Shown piece by piece: positions 26,343 through 35,378 of a stretch of DNA of 48,473 nt; position 1 is the stretch's first letter; each line of letters begins with the position of its first letter. The notes beneath the pieces are model-generated. The model saw nothing but the letters and a program-made list of their open reading frames with translations, was not told the origin of the DNA and searched no databases. The DNA comes from a virus (taxonomy: Duplodnaviria > Caudoviricetes), in the IMG/VR virus record IMGVR_UViG_3300048611_000157, positions 1-48,473 of that record; one strand, given 5' to 3'. Made by a program: the position numbers and the translations under genes.

Positions 26343-26865
26343 CTACCTCAAGAACCTGGCGAAGCCGAGTGACATCCAGGAACACCTCGGCCTGATGCAC
26401 GGCTTGGCGTGGAGTTGCAGACGGGTCGTCGAGCTCGGCTTCCGCACCGGGGTGAGCACGTCGGCGTTCCTGGCCGCCGGCGCGAAGGTGCGCAGCTACG
26501 ACTCCGACCCGTTTTGCCGGCCGTTCGTGCAGAAGCTGGCCAAGGAGTATCCGAAGACGTTCGAGTGGAAGCTGGGGGACTCTCGGGATGTCGACATCCC
26601 TGCTTGCGATCTGCTGCTGATCGACACTGACCATACCTACGAGACGACGCTGATCGAGCTTTGCCGGCACCAGCACATGGTGTCGACCTGGATCGTGCTG
26701 CACGACACGGTCAAGTTCGGCCTCAAGGACAGGCCGCCGGGGAAGGGCCCCGGGGTGATGACGGCGATCCACTACTTCCTTATGGCGTCGGAGCAGCATT
26801 CCTGGAAGCAGTGGCTGCACCTGAACAACTGCAACGGTCTGACTCTGCTGAAGAGGGTCGATTGA
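26335..26865 (+). CDS. Class I SAM-dependent methyltransferase (Methyltransf_24-like)
   Basis: VVELGFRTGVS, GDS, LLIDTDHTYE, IVLHDT. Confidence 0.85.
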   Translation: MSSYLKNLAKPSDIQEHLGLMHGLAWSCRRVVELGFRTGVSTSAFLAAGAKVRSYDSDPFCRPFVQKLAKEYPKTFEWKLGDSRDVDIPACDLLLIDTDHTYETTLIELCRHQHMVSTWIVLHDTVKFGLKDRPPGKGPGVMTAIHYFLMASEQHSWKQWLHLNNCNGLTLLKRVD

Positions 26866-27398
26866 TGATCGACTACCCTGAAGGCCTGCCGTGCTGGGCG
26901 CCGGGGGCGGCGGACTACCTGGAGTCGATCCTCGAAGGCAACGAGGTTGGATTCGAGTGGGGCGGTGGAGCTTCGAGCATCTGGCTCGCGCCGAAGATCC
27001 GACGCCTCATGGTGGTGGAAACGAGTGTGGAATGGGCTGACTGGATCCTTTCCTTTACGAACAAGAACATCGGCGTTTGGGTCCGTGATTTCAAGGACTT
27101 GGGATACTTGGGGTTGGCCAGGACCTGCTGGCCGCGTCCGAATCTGTGGCTGATCGACGGCTACAAGCGCATCGAGTGCTTCGAGGAGGTCCTCGACCTG
27201 GCCAAGCCCGGCGACATCATCGTCTGCGACGACTCGGCCGACTATCTGGACGGCCGCGCGCCGGCGCACGCGAAGACGTTCAGCCAGCCGCATCCGCACG
27301 CCGGGATCCCGATCAACCACAAGAAATACGGAAAGCTCGGTAATTCATTGCTGAAGGTCCACCACGCGACCAAGGACACGACTATATGGCGGGCCTGA
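26865..27398 (+). CDS. SAM-dependent methyltransferase-like protein
   Basis: FEWGGGASSIW, VE, LIDG..R, KPGDIIVCDDS. Confidence 0.75.
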   Translation: MIDYPEGLPCWAPGAADYLESILEGNEVGFEWGGGASSIWLAPKIRRLMVVETSVEWADWILSFTNKNIGVWVRDFKDLGYLGLARTCWPRPNLWLIDGYKRIECFEEVLDLAKPGDIIVCDDSADYLDGRAPAHAKTFSQPHPHAGIPINHKKYGKLGNSLLKVHHATKDTTIWRA

Positions 27399-28039
27399 TC
27401 TACACCGCCAACCTAGGTGGCTACGATCGGCCTCGCCGCCTGAAGGTCGAGCCGGAGCTCGGCGTTCGCTACTGGATGTTCGGCAACGGGATCCAAGCGC
27501 GGGGTTGGGATCCGTTGCATCCGCCCTGGCCGGTGACCAAGTCGCCGCTCAAGTTGGCGCGCGAACTCAAGGTGCTGATGCCGATCCTGCACCCGCTCAT
27601 GGACTGGTTCCTCTGGATGGACGGCACCATGCAGTTGAAGGCGCCGGTGCTGCCGTGGATCGAGAAGCTGCTCGAGTCCGGCGTCAACTTCGCGGCCTTC
27701 CGGCACAACGAGTTCGGCTGCTCTTACCTGGAGATCGACGCCTGCATTGCTCGCTGCAAGGACTCCAAGAGCAACCTGGAGGCGGCGCGGACCATGCTGC
27801 GCAAGAGCCGGTTCCCCGACGACTACGGCCAGGTCGCGACGGGGTTCTTGTGGCGCCGGTCGTGTCCGGAGGTGCGTGAGCACGCGCGCACCTGGTGGGA
27901 GGCCATGAAGGCGACTACGATGCGGGATCAGGCGACCTTCATGTGGGCGCTGAAGGCGTGCGGCCAGGAGGTCGAGTATCTGCCTGGTCTGCACACGAAG
28001 AACAACCTGGTTCACTACCATCGCGGACATGAGAAGTAA
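27386..28039 (+). CDS. Glycosyltransferase (DUF616/TOD1-MUCI70-like)
   Basis: IYTANLGGYD, R.LK, LWMDG, FRH...C.Y.E, RDQ. Confidence 0.8.
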   Translation: MAGLIYTANLGGYDRPRRLKVEPELGVRYWMFGNGIQARGWDPLHPPWPVTKSPLKLARELKVLMPILHPLMDWFLWMDGTMQLKAPVLPWIEKLLESGVNFAAFRHNEFGCSYLEIDACIARCKDSKSNLEAARTMLRKSRFPDDYGQVATGFLWRRSCPEVREHARTWWEAMKATTMRDQATFMWALKACGQEVEYLPGLHTKNNLVHYHRGHEK

Positions 28040-28568
28040 GCTCATCATCCTCCTCTTCGCTCTCTGCGCCAGCTCGTCGCAGGTCAAGGCACCCAGGGTC
28101 TGGGCGCGCTCCGAGCAGATCGAGGATGGACACTTCGAGGTGTTCGTGCAGACGGAGATTGTCAGGGGTTGGGCAGCGGCCGATCTCTACGTCCACCGTG
28201 GGTCGCCGAAGTGGGATGGCGTCGTTCTCCTCGGTTTGGACTTCCTGCCGGAGCCGCTGCCGCTGCAGGTTGGCGCGGTGCATGTCAACATGCTCGTCTG
28301 GTTCGCGTGGCTCGTCGCCGATCACGCGGAGTTCGGCGGCGGCAAGGTGCGCGAGCTGCTTCCCAGTGACGGCCTGATCTCCTACTGCATTGACTCGCCG
28401 AACGATCCCGAAGCACGGCTCGATGCGTGGCTGTCGATCGTGACGCCGGCCTTGATGCCCGAGGGGATCCCGCTGCTGGTGCAGATCGTCTGCCGCGACG
28501 AGGCGGGTAGGCTGATCGGGGGGCCGGTTTTCCGTCTGACTTCTGGTCCGACGATGGAGGTGCGGTGA
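28029..28568 (+). CDS. Secreted/membrane-anchored hypothetical protein (179 aa)
   Basis: Signal-peptide-like MRSKLIILLFALCASS; beta-rich mature part. Confidence 0.6.
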   Translation: MRSKLIILLFALCASSSQVKAPRVWARSEQIEDGHFEVFVQTEIVRGWAAADLYVHRGSPKWDGVVLLGLDFLPEPLPLQVGAVHVNMLVWFAWLVADHAEFGGGKVRELLPSDGLISYCIDSPNDPEARLDAWLSIVTPALMPEGIPLLVQIVCRDEAGRLIGGPVFRLTSGPTMEVR

Positions 28569-29323
28569 AGATCCTGGCGGTCACGTGCTTGACCGGGGGC
28601 GAGGACCTGGTGGTCATGGCCGAGGAGATGCTCAGCTCGCTGAGGGAGTGCATCCCCGCCGGCGTGGACTTGATGAGTTCATGCGTGACGCAGGGCGCGG
28701 CGCGCCGTGTCGACGGTCTTCTGGTCGACTGTCAGCTTGTGAGGAAGAAGAACCTTGGGTTCGCTGCCGGCATGAACGACGCGATCGATAACGCGGTCAA
28801 TGCTGGATTCAATCCTGATCGCGTGCTGTGCTTGAACACGGATTTGCAGTTCCCTGACAAGGACTGGCTTCGAAAGTTGATCCAGGCCAGGCCGATCGAA
28901 CCGCGTATCCTTTGTCCGGCAACTGACAAGACGGCGCTCTACAAGCAGGACGGGCCGAAGGACAACAAGTCCTTCGACGAGGTCGAGGTTTCCGCTTACT
29001 GTTGGCTGGTGCCGTTCAAGTGGTGTCTGCTCCTGTTGAATCGATATCGTTTCTGGCTATTCGATCCGGAGTTCTTCGCGTTCGGAGAAGACAACCAGAC
29101 GGCGTTCATTCTGGCAAAGTGGTTCGGCCCGAAGGTCTTCCATGTGGTGCCGCGATCGTTTGTGAAGCACCTGCGGCACAAGACGTCGGAAGTCGTGAAG
29201 CCGGATCGGCGAGCTAGCAGCAGGCTGCTCAGGGAGTTCTTCCAGGACGAGCTGAAGAACCCGAAGCTGCGGTCTGATCTCAAATCGTGGGCGCAGCGCT
29301 ACGTCAGGGTGTTGAAGCCGTGA
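28565..29323 (+). CDS. Glycosyltransferase family 2-like
   Basis: NLGFAAGMN, CLNTD, FDPEFFAFGED, VKH. Confidence 0.85.
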   Translation: MKILAVTCLTGGEDLVVMAEEMLSSLRECIPAGVDLMSSCVTQGAARRVDGLLVDCQLVRKKNLGFAAGMNDAIDNAVNAGFNPDRVLCLNTDLQFPDKDWLRKLIQARPIEPRILCPATDKTALYKQDGPKDNKSFDEVEVSAYCWLVPFKWCLLLLNRYRFWLFDPEFFAFGEDNQTAFILAKWFGPKVFHVVPRSFVKHLRHKTSEVVKPDRRASSRLLREFFQDELKNPKLRSDLKSWAQRYVRVLKP

Positions 29324-29751
29324 GCAAGTGCATTGAAGCTACTGAGGTTCTTCGGGTTGGTCACGTGACCACCAGAGGCTACATACAGACATGCCTTGGG
29401 AGGCGCGGAAGTCAGGTTTTGGCTCACAGGCTCGTATGGGAGGAGTGCTTCGGCCCAATCCCAGAAGGATTGTGTGTCTGCCATCGATGCGACAACAGGT
29501 CCTGCGTGAACCCGGGGCACCTGTTCCTGGGAACGCACGCGGACAACATCGCTGACCGGGACCGCAAGGGTCGCACAGCTCGCGGGGAGAAAATACGATA
29601 CCATTCAGCGAAGGTTGGCTGGGTTGAGGTCAATGAGATGCGTCGCCTTAGGTCGGCTGGGTGGACTCAGCAGGCTCTTGCGGACAAGTTTGGCCTTTCC
29701 AGAACAGGGGTTCAGAAGATCGTCAACGGAGATAACTGGTGCAAAGACTAG
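29320..29751 (+). CDS. HNH homing endonuclease with C-terminal HTH
   Basis: AHRLVWE...GPIP...VCHRCDNRSCVNPGHL..GT..DN; TQQALADKFGLSR. Confidence 0.92.
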   Translation: MSKCIEATEVLRVGHVTTRGYIQTCLGRRGSQVLAHRLVWEECFGPIPEGLCVCHRCDNRSCVNPGHLFLGTHADNIADRDRKGRTARGEKIRYHSAKVGWVEVNEMRRLRSAGWTQQALADKFGLSRTGVQKIVNGDNWCKD

Positions 29752-30485
29752 TCACCTTGGCGATGACGACCTATTCTCAGCCAAAAATGCTGGGAGTCCA
29801 GTTCGACACCATCAGGTCCTACCCGAAGGACATTCTGGACCGAATTGAGCTGTCGATTGGTGACGATCACGGAACGCCTGAGGTCGAAATACCGGAAGAC
29901 GTGAAGCTGCTGCTTCCGTGCCAACTGTTTCGCGCTCTGGAGGACATCCACTGGAATCAGCCCGGGATGAGGAACCTGCTCCTCGAGCACGTGCGCACCC
30001 CGCTGGTCCTGTTCGTCGATGTCGATATGACGTTCCCTCCCGGCATGATGCGGATGATGCTCGCTGCCGGCGACGCGCTTCCCCGAGGGTGCGTTGTCCG
30101 GTTTTGCCTCCGGCATCGAGGTGGCCCGTCGAAGGGGAAGATCGATCGAAGCTCGCCGAACACCTGGTTCGCGCATGCAGCGGATCTGCGCCGGATCCAG
30201 GGCTACAACGAGGACTACTGCGGGGCGAAGGGCTGGTCGGACGTCGAGCTGCTCGACATCGTCAAGTCCGTCTACCGCGTGATGCACGTCCCGTCGCTTT
30301 TTGCCGAGTTCTACGGCACCGATGAGATCGAGGACGCTGCGGTGTCTACACTGGATCGATCGACGGCGCGCAATAAGAAGATCCGAGTGAACAACGTTCG
30401 AGTTTCGAAGCAGATGGGCGGCTGGCTGAAGTTCGCTAAGCGTCCGGTGCCGCGGCTCCGCTTCAAGTGGGAGAGGCGGTGGTAG
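29739..30485 (+). CDS. GT-A glycosyltransferase (GT2/GT7-like)
   Basis: GDDHG, WNQPGMRN, FVDVD, GYNEDY...GWSD. Confidence 0.85.
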   Translation: MQRLVTLAMTTYSQPKMLGVQFDTIRSYPKDILDRIELSIGDDHGTPEVEIPEDVKLLLPCQLFRALEDIHWNQPGMRNLLLEHVRTPLVLFVDVDMTFPPGMMRMMLAAGDALPRGCVVRFCLRHRGGPSKGKIDRSSPNTWFAHAADLRRIQGYNEDYCGAKGWSDVELLDIVKSVYRVMHVPSLFAEFYGTDEIEDAAVSTLDRSTARNKKIRVNNVRVSKQMGGWLKFAKRPVPRLRFKWERRW

Positions 30486-32269
30486 CCGATCCCGAAGACT
30501 TCGACATCGACAGTCTGCGCTCCGAGCGGATCCGCCGGCAGAGGGACTGGTATCTCTCCGAGGAGGGCTTCCTCGACTTCGTGCGGGACAGCGGCGCGGC
30601 GCCCGATGCCGAGTTTCAGCCGCACGGTCGCTACGCGCAGGAGCTCATCACGTGGGATCCGGTCCCGGACCCGGACGTTCCAGGCAAGTTCTCGTTCAAG
30701 AGCAAGCTCGTGCTCTGGCCTCGAGGCAGCTTCAAGTCTCAGGTCTTCAACGTCGGGCAGATCGCGTGGCTGATCGCGAAGGACCCGAATCTGCGCATCC
30801 TCGTCACGTCGGAGACCAACCGGCAGGCGGTCAAGTTCGTCAAGGAGACCATGAAGATCGTGGCCTCCGAGTGGTTCAAGGAGCTCTTCGGAACTCACGA
30901 TGCCGGGGAGTGGAAGCCAGGGACCGGCACGTTCACGAGCTCGCTGCGCACACGCAAGGGCATCAAGGATCCGACCCTCGCGGCTTCCGGTGTCGGCGAG
31001 GTGCAAACCGGCGCCCACTGGGATCTGATCTTCTACGACGACATCTGCTCGCAGGAGAACACCCGGACCCCCGAGGCGATCGAATCGCTGTGGGATTGGT
31101 TTGGCGAGACGCAGGCGCAGCTTGACCCCGGCGTCTTGGCGCCGGACGGAGTGACGATCTGGGGCGGGCGCACGTTCATGATCGGCACGCTGCACCACTA
31201 CAGCGACATCTACTGCCGCATCATGAAGGACCACGAGCTGCTCGAGGAGTTCGACCTCAGCCGGCACGCGTGGGCGGATCCGATCGTCGATCCGCGCGGC
31301 ACCGCGCCGACGACGTTGTTCTTCCCGAATCGGCTCACGCGCAGGTTCGTGGCGATGCAGAAGAAGAAGCTCGCTCCGCGGATCTACGCGTGCTTCTACG
31401 AGAACCGACCGACCACTGGCGAGGAGCAGCTCTTCCGGCCCGAGTATTTCCGCTGCGTTCCTGACGAGAGCATCCCGCAGTCGATCTGGACCTACATCCT
31501 GACCGACATCGCGTTCATCGCTGACGAGAAGCGCAAGGGGCGTGCTGATCGCACGGCGTTCTGGGTCGTGGGTCTCGACTGCAACCGGGTCGCCTACGTG
31601 CTCGACGTCATCGTCGGTCGCTGGAAGCTCAGCGACTCGGTTCGCATCGCCTGCGACCTGTGGAACCGCTACCAGTGGGCGAACATGAAGGGGATCACGT
31701 TCGAGAAGACCACCCACCAGGAGCTCGTCCTGTCGGTGCTCGAGGAGGTGAAGCGGCAGACCTTCATCCGTCCGCGCATCATTTCGATCACCGGCCGCAG
31801 CCAGGAGGTCAAAGAGATGCGCATCGAAGCTGCGGAGCCTCGATGGCGTGCCGGCGACATCTACTTCGCGCAGTCCGTCCGCGACAACTGGCGCAAGTGG
31901 AAGCCGATGTTCGACGAGATGACCGAGTGGCCCTTCAGCTCGCACGATGACGTGCCGGACGCGATCTCGGATCTCGACAAAAAGGACGAGCGCAACCCTC
32001 GGAGTCCAGTGTTCTTCTGTCCCCACCCCCCGCCGGGATTCGCTCAGCATGCCGTGCGGCGGTTCCAACCTGATACCATCAACGGGCGCTTCAACCCCGA
32101 GCGCGGCTACCCTGCGCGCGACATGGTTCGCGCCGATCAGCTAGGAGGCCATGACCTGTGGTCAAGATCGACCTCTACGACGCCACCAAACCATCCCAGC
32201 CCACACCGCAGCGAAGGAAGCGGCAGTATCTTCCAGCAGCCACCGCCGCCGCCAACCAAGTGGGAGTAG
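30479..32269 (+). CDS. terL: Terminase large subunit
   Basis: Walker A PRGSFKS, TGAHWDLIFYDD, IGT, nuclease TDIA...D.TA, HDDVPDA (ORF track start 30467). Confidence 0.92.
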   Translation: MVADPEDFDIDSLRSERIRRQRDWYLSEEGFLDFVRDSGAAPDAEFQPHGRYAQELITWDPVPDPDVPGKFSFKSKLVLWPRGSFKSQVFNVGQIAWLIAKDPNLRILVTSETNRQAVKFVKETMKIVASEWFKELFGTHDAGEWKPGTGTFTSSLRTRKGIKDPTLAASGVGEVQTGAHWDLIFYDDICSQENTRTPEAIESLWDWFGETQAQLDPGVLAPDGVTIWGGRTFMIGTLHHYSDIYCRIMKDHELLEEFDLSRHAWADPIVDPRGTAPTTLFFPNRLTRRFVAMQKKKLAPRIYACFYENRPTTGEEQLFRPEYFRCVPDESIPQSIWTYILTDIAFIADEKRKGRADRTAFWVVGLDCNRVAYVLDVIVGRWKLSDSVRIACDLWNRYQWANMKGITFEKTTHQELVLSVLEEVKRQTFIRPRIISITGRSQEVKEMRIEAAEPRWRAGDIYFAQSVRDNWRKWKPMFDEMTEWPFSSHDDVPDAISDLDKKDERNPRSPVFFCPHPPPGFAQHAVRRFQPDTINGRFNPERGYPARDMVRADQLGGHDLWSRSTSTTPPNHPSPHRSEGSGSIFQQPPPPPTKWE

Positions 32270-32664
32270 TCCTCGTCCGCGAGTTCGGCCAGCAGGGCTG
32301 GATCCTGCAGGCGATGCAGGCGTGCCAGGAGGCAGTGCAGAACTGCATCGAGATGCTCTCGGGCACGGTGGCGCCAAGGATGAACAACCAGCCCTTGGGT
32401 CAAGGCGGCCAGTATGCGTTCCCCGCGCGCACGCGCGAGGAGCTCCAGGCGTCCGCGGCTCAGGCTGCGCACCATGGCCAGGTCAGCCAGGCGCAGGTGC
32501 AGCAGGTGCAGATGGCTGCCCAGGCAGACCAGGCGCTCGCCAACGGCGAGCTGGACATGTTCGCGGTCCTGCAGCGACAAGCAGGCTTCGCCGATCCCGC
32601 ATCGCAGGGTGAGGCACAACCGACTCCGGAGGCGAAAGGTGGAAGCAACGAGTGGCTCCTTTGA
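32158..32664 (+). CDS. Hypothetical Q/A-rich protein (168 aa)
   Basis: AGGAGG 9 nt before GTG 32158; overlaps terL 3' end. Confidence 0.65.
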   Translation: MVKIDLYDATKPSQPTPQRRKRQYLPAATAAANQVGVVLVREFGQQGWILQAMQACQEAVQNCIEMLSGTVAPRMNNQPLGQGGQYAFPARTREELQASAAQAAHHGQVSQAQVQQVQMAAQADQALANGELDMFAVLQRQAGFADPASQGEAQPTPEAKGGSNEWLL

Positions 32665-32845
32665 GTGCATCGAGTGTCACCGCACGAAGCGCACGCGCCG
32701 CGGCGGGCAGACCAACTTCTGCTCGCGTTCATGCGAGCGGCGCTACATCCAGAAGAAAGCCCGGGAGGGCATAGAAGCGAATGCTCGACATCGTGATGGT
32801 GGGGCACCGCCCCAACTACGCTCGGATCGCTCACCGCGGCCTTGA
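32639..32845 (+). CDS. Small Zn-finger protein (68 aa)
   Basis: GGAGG RBS; CIEC...FCSRSC. Confidence 0.55.
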   Translation: MEATSGSFECIECHRTKRTRRGGQTNFCSRSCERRYIQKKAREGIEANARHRDGGAPPQLRSDRSPRP

Positions 32846-33500
32846 CGTCAAGGGAGCCCTGACGACGTCGGTCATCAAGGGCTCGCTGCCGTCGATGGTC
32901 GACCTGGTCGGCACCCCCGGCAAGGTGGTGCTCTCGCTCGAGGGCGGCACGCACCACGACTTCGAAGCGGCCGAGGCCTATCTGCACTCGCAAATGCTGG
33001 CGTGGCAGATCGTGCACGCGAACGAGCTCACGAGCTTCTACGAAGCGATGATGCGCGGCCTCGAGAAGTGCCAGTCGCAGCTCGTTGCGATCGTCCCGGC
33101 GTGGGTGGAGGTGACGGACAAGCAGTGGGTGCAGCGGATGATCTGGGCTCTCGGCAAGGATCCGACGGCGCTCCTCTGCGGGACGTTCGCGGAGCAAGGC
33201 GGAGCTCGCGACCTGGCGCCGTGCATCGTCCAGCAGCGAGCGTGGCCGGGCGGAGACTTCTTCGTGGCGCGTCGCGTGAAGCTGTGGGAGAACCTCAAGC
33301 TCTGCAACCAGCCGGACAAGCCGTGGCAGCAGCAGCTCGCGGACGCAGCATCAGCGAACGGGTGGCGCATCTGGGCGCACGCTGGGGTCAGGTTCCAGGT
33401 TCTCGAACACGAAGCGCATGAGAGGAGGTCGACGGTTGGGACGAAAGCAGGGACTGCCAAGGGTCGCTCTCGCAGACGACACGAAGCTGATCTTCCATGA
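32781..33500 (+). CDS. Degenerate GT-A fold glycosyltransferase-like protein
   Basis: MLDIVMV start, AMMRGLEKC...VAIV, GWRIWAHAGVRF ending; no clear DxD. Confidence 0.5.
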   Translation: MLDIVMVGHRPNYARIAHRGLDVKGALTTSVIKGSLPSMVDLVGTPGKVVLSLEGGTHHDFEAAEAYLHSQMLAWQIVHANELTSFYEAMMRGLEKCQSQLVAIVPAWVEVTDKQWVQRMIWALGKDPTALLCGTFAEQGGARDLAPCIVQQRAWPGGDFFVARRVKLWENLKLCNQPDKPWQQQLADAASANGWRIWAHAGVRFQVLEHEAHERRSTVGTKAGTAKGRSRRRHEADLP

Positions 33501-34791
33501 CGACTACCGGAAGGGGTGGAAGTGGGGCTTCGAGTCGATCGGCTGTGAGGTGCAGACCTTCGACATCGCCGAGCTTCGGAAGGGACTGCGGATAGGCGGC
33601 ATCCCGAGCGCGCTCTCGATGGGGCGGAACTTCGCAGCGAAGCCCATCGCCGACATGATCGCGAACTGGAGTCCGGATCTCGTCCTCGCGCAGCACGGCC
33701 GCGCAGCGAGCAACCAGATGTTCCTGGATCGTCTCAAGTCACGAGGGATCAAGACGGCGACCTACCTCGCCGACGAACCCTACGAGACCGGCGAGACCGC
33801 GGCCTACAGCCAGGGCTTCGACCTGGTGTTCACGATGGACCCGTGCACGCTCGAGGTGCACCGTCGATCTCGAGCGTCCCGCGACGGAGTCTTCTACCTC
33901 CCGCCGGGTGTCCACACCGATCACTTCAAGCAGCGGCCCTACTTCGACAAGGACGGGCTGGTCATGCGAGACCTGGCGACGCTGTTCATCGGCAACGGAA
34001 CCCTGACGCCGCGGCCGCGCTGGTTCAAGCCGATCGACCGGGTGGTCGCCGGCGCCGCGTTCCACTACCTGCACAAGACGGTCACCAAGGCCGGCAACCG
34101 AAAGGAGTGGATCCCCTACGAGAAGCATCCCGAGTGCTACGGCAACACGAAGCTCGGCCTGAACGTCCATCGCGCCCCGTGGATCACGGAAGAGTGCTGG
34201 CAGACGAGGGTCCTGCATCGGCACAAGCAGCACTCGCTGCCTCGAGGTCTTCAGCTCGCGACCGATAGACCGAAGGAGTGGGGGACCGGCTTCTGGAACG
34301 ACGGCAACCTTCCCGCCGCGCACGTCAACCCGCGCTTCCTCGAGATGGCCGCGTGCGGCACGCTGGTCATCAGCGACAACCACCGCAGCGAGCTGGCGCG
34401 GCTCTTCCCTGGAGCGCCGCAGGCATCCGACCCGGACCACTACCTCGAGCTCGTGCTCTACTACCTCGAGAACCTCGAAGAGGCGGAGGCGATCGGACAG
34501 AAATGCTCCTACCTGATTTCACGGCGGCACAGCTACAAGCACCGCGCGGCCGAGGTTCTGATCCGAGCTGGCTTGATGGATGCGCTGCCGGACGCGCAGC
34601 TCATGTCCTTGGGGGCGCGGGAGGATTGGCTGACTCGCCAGGACTTGCCGCAGCCAGCGGACAGATCACCATCGGAACCAACTGGACCCTCCGAGCGCTG
34701 GTCCCCAGCATCTGGCTTGTCGTGGACAAGGCAGTCTGGGAGTCCGAAAGACATGCTCTCGGTGGACCCGCCCACTCCGTGGTTGCTGTAG
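33418..34791 (+). CDS. CgeB/DUF3880-family GT-B glycosyltransferase
   Basis: DEPYE, FDLVFTMD, YLP.GV, FIGN, LGLNVHR, NPRFLEMAACG, HSYKHR. Confidence 0.85.
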   Translation: MRGGRRLGRKQGLPRVALADDTKLIFHDDYRKGWKWGFESIGCEVQTFDIAELRKGLRIGGIPSALSMGRNFAAKPIADMIANWSPDLVLAQHGRAASNQMFLDRLKSRGIKTATYLADEPYETGETAAYSQGFDLVFTMDPCTLEVHRRSRASRDGVFYLPPGVHTDHFKQRPYFDKDGLVMRDLATLFIGNGTLTPRPRWFKPIDRVVAGAAFHYLHKTVTKAGNRKEWIPYEKHPECYGNTKLGLNVHRAPWITEECWQTRVLHRHKQHSLPRGLQLATDRPKEWGTGFWNDGNLPAAHVNPRFLEMAACGTLVISDNHRSELARLFPGAPQASDPDHYLELVLYYLENLEEAEAIGQKCSYLISRRHSYKHRAAEVLIRAGLMDALPDAQLMSLGAREDWLTRQDLPQPADRSPSEPTGPSERWSPASGLSWTRQSGSPKDMLSVDPPTPWLL

Positions 34792-35351
34792 CCAACCAGG
34801 GGATCTTCGGGCAGGGCGTGTTCTCGATGCGGGGTGAGGCGATCGCTCGAATGATCGGCACGAAGCGGATCCAGCCCTACCACATCCGGATCGCCAAACC
34901 GAAGGGCACCGTGCTCTGTCCCGACGGGGTCAGGCGCAACGGCGTGACTCTGCCGTTCATGCCGAAGAAGCTCACGGACGAGTTCCACCCAGGCGGCAAC
35001 AGCCTCTGCTACAGCATCCAGCTCGCGCACCTGATGGGCTGCGAAGAGGTCTTTCTCCATGCCTTCACGCTGAAATCCGGGAGCTCCTACTTCTTCGGCG
35101 GGAAGAACCCTGTGACCCGGCGTAGCACCCTCTACGACGCTCGCCGGGCTCTGGACTGGCTTGCGTGGTATCGGAAAACTTGGCCCGGCCGAGCGAAACT
35201 TGTGGCAGGATGGGATGGTCCGGTCTACGAGGTTCTTGAAACCATCAGCCAAGATGAACTTCTCCAGCGATCTGAGCGACAAGGCCAAAGGCCACCAGCA
35301 TTCGAGCCAAAGCCACGAGGTGAAGAACCAGCCAGCGGATGGCACCTCTAG
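34503..35351 (+). CDS. DUF115/MptE/Maf-like (CstII-fold) transferase (282 aa)
   Basis: HVLGGAGGL, TIGTN, VVD, GGNSLCYSIQLAHLMGCEEVFL; ATG 34503 lies inside the upstream gene. Confidence 0.7.
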   Translation: MLLPDFTAAQLQAPRGRGSDPSWLDGCAAGRAAHVLGGAGGLADSPGLAAASGQITIGTNWTLRALVPSIWLVVDKAVWESERHALGGPAHSVVAVANQGIFGQGVFSMRGEAIARMIGTKRIQPYHIRIAKPKGTVLCPDGVRRNGVTLPFMPKKLTDEFHPGGNSLCYSIQLAHLMGCEEVFLHAFTLKSGSSYFFGGKNPVTRRSTLYDARRALDWLAWYRKTWPGRAKLVAGWDGPVYEVLETISQDELLQRSERQGQRPPAFEPKPRGEEPASGWHL

Positions 35352-35378
35352 CGCGCTGGCTGCGGTGAAGGCGAGCTA

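Noticed and set aside
30311-32068. 585-aa ORF antisense to terL (also 16338-17981 and 18011-19249)
   Set aside because: Shadow ORFs opposite well-supported genes, expected at high GC
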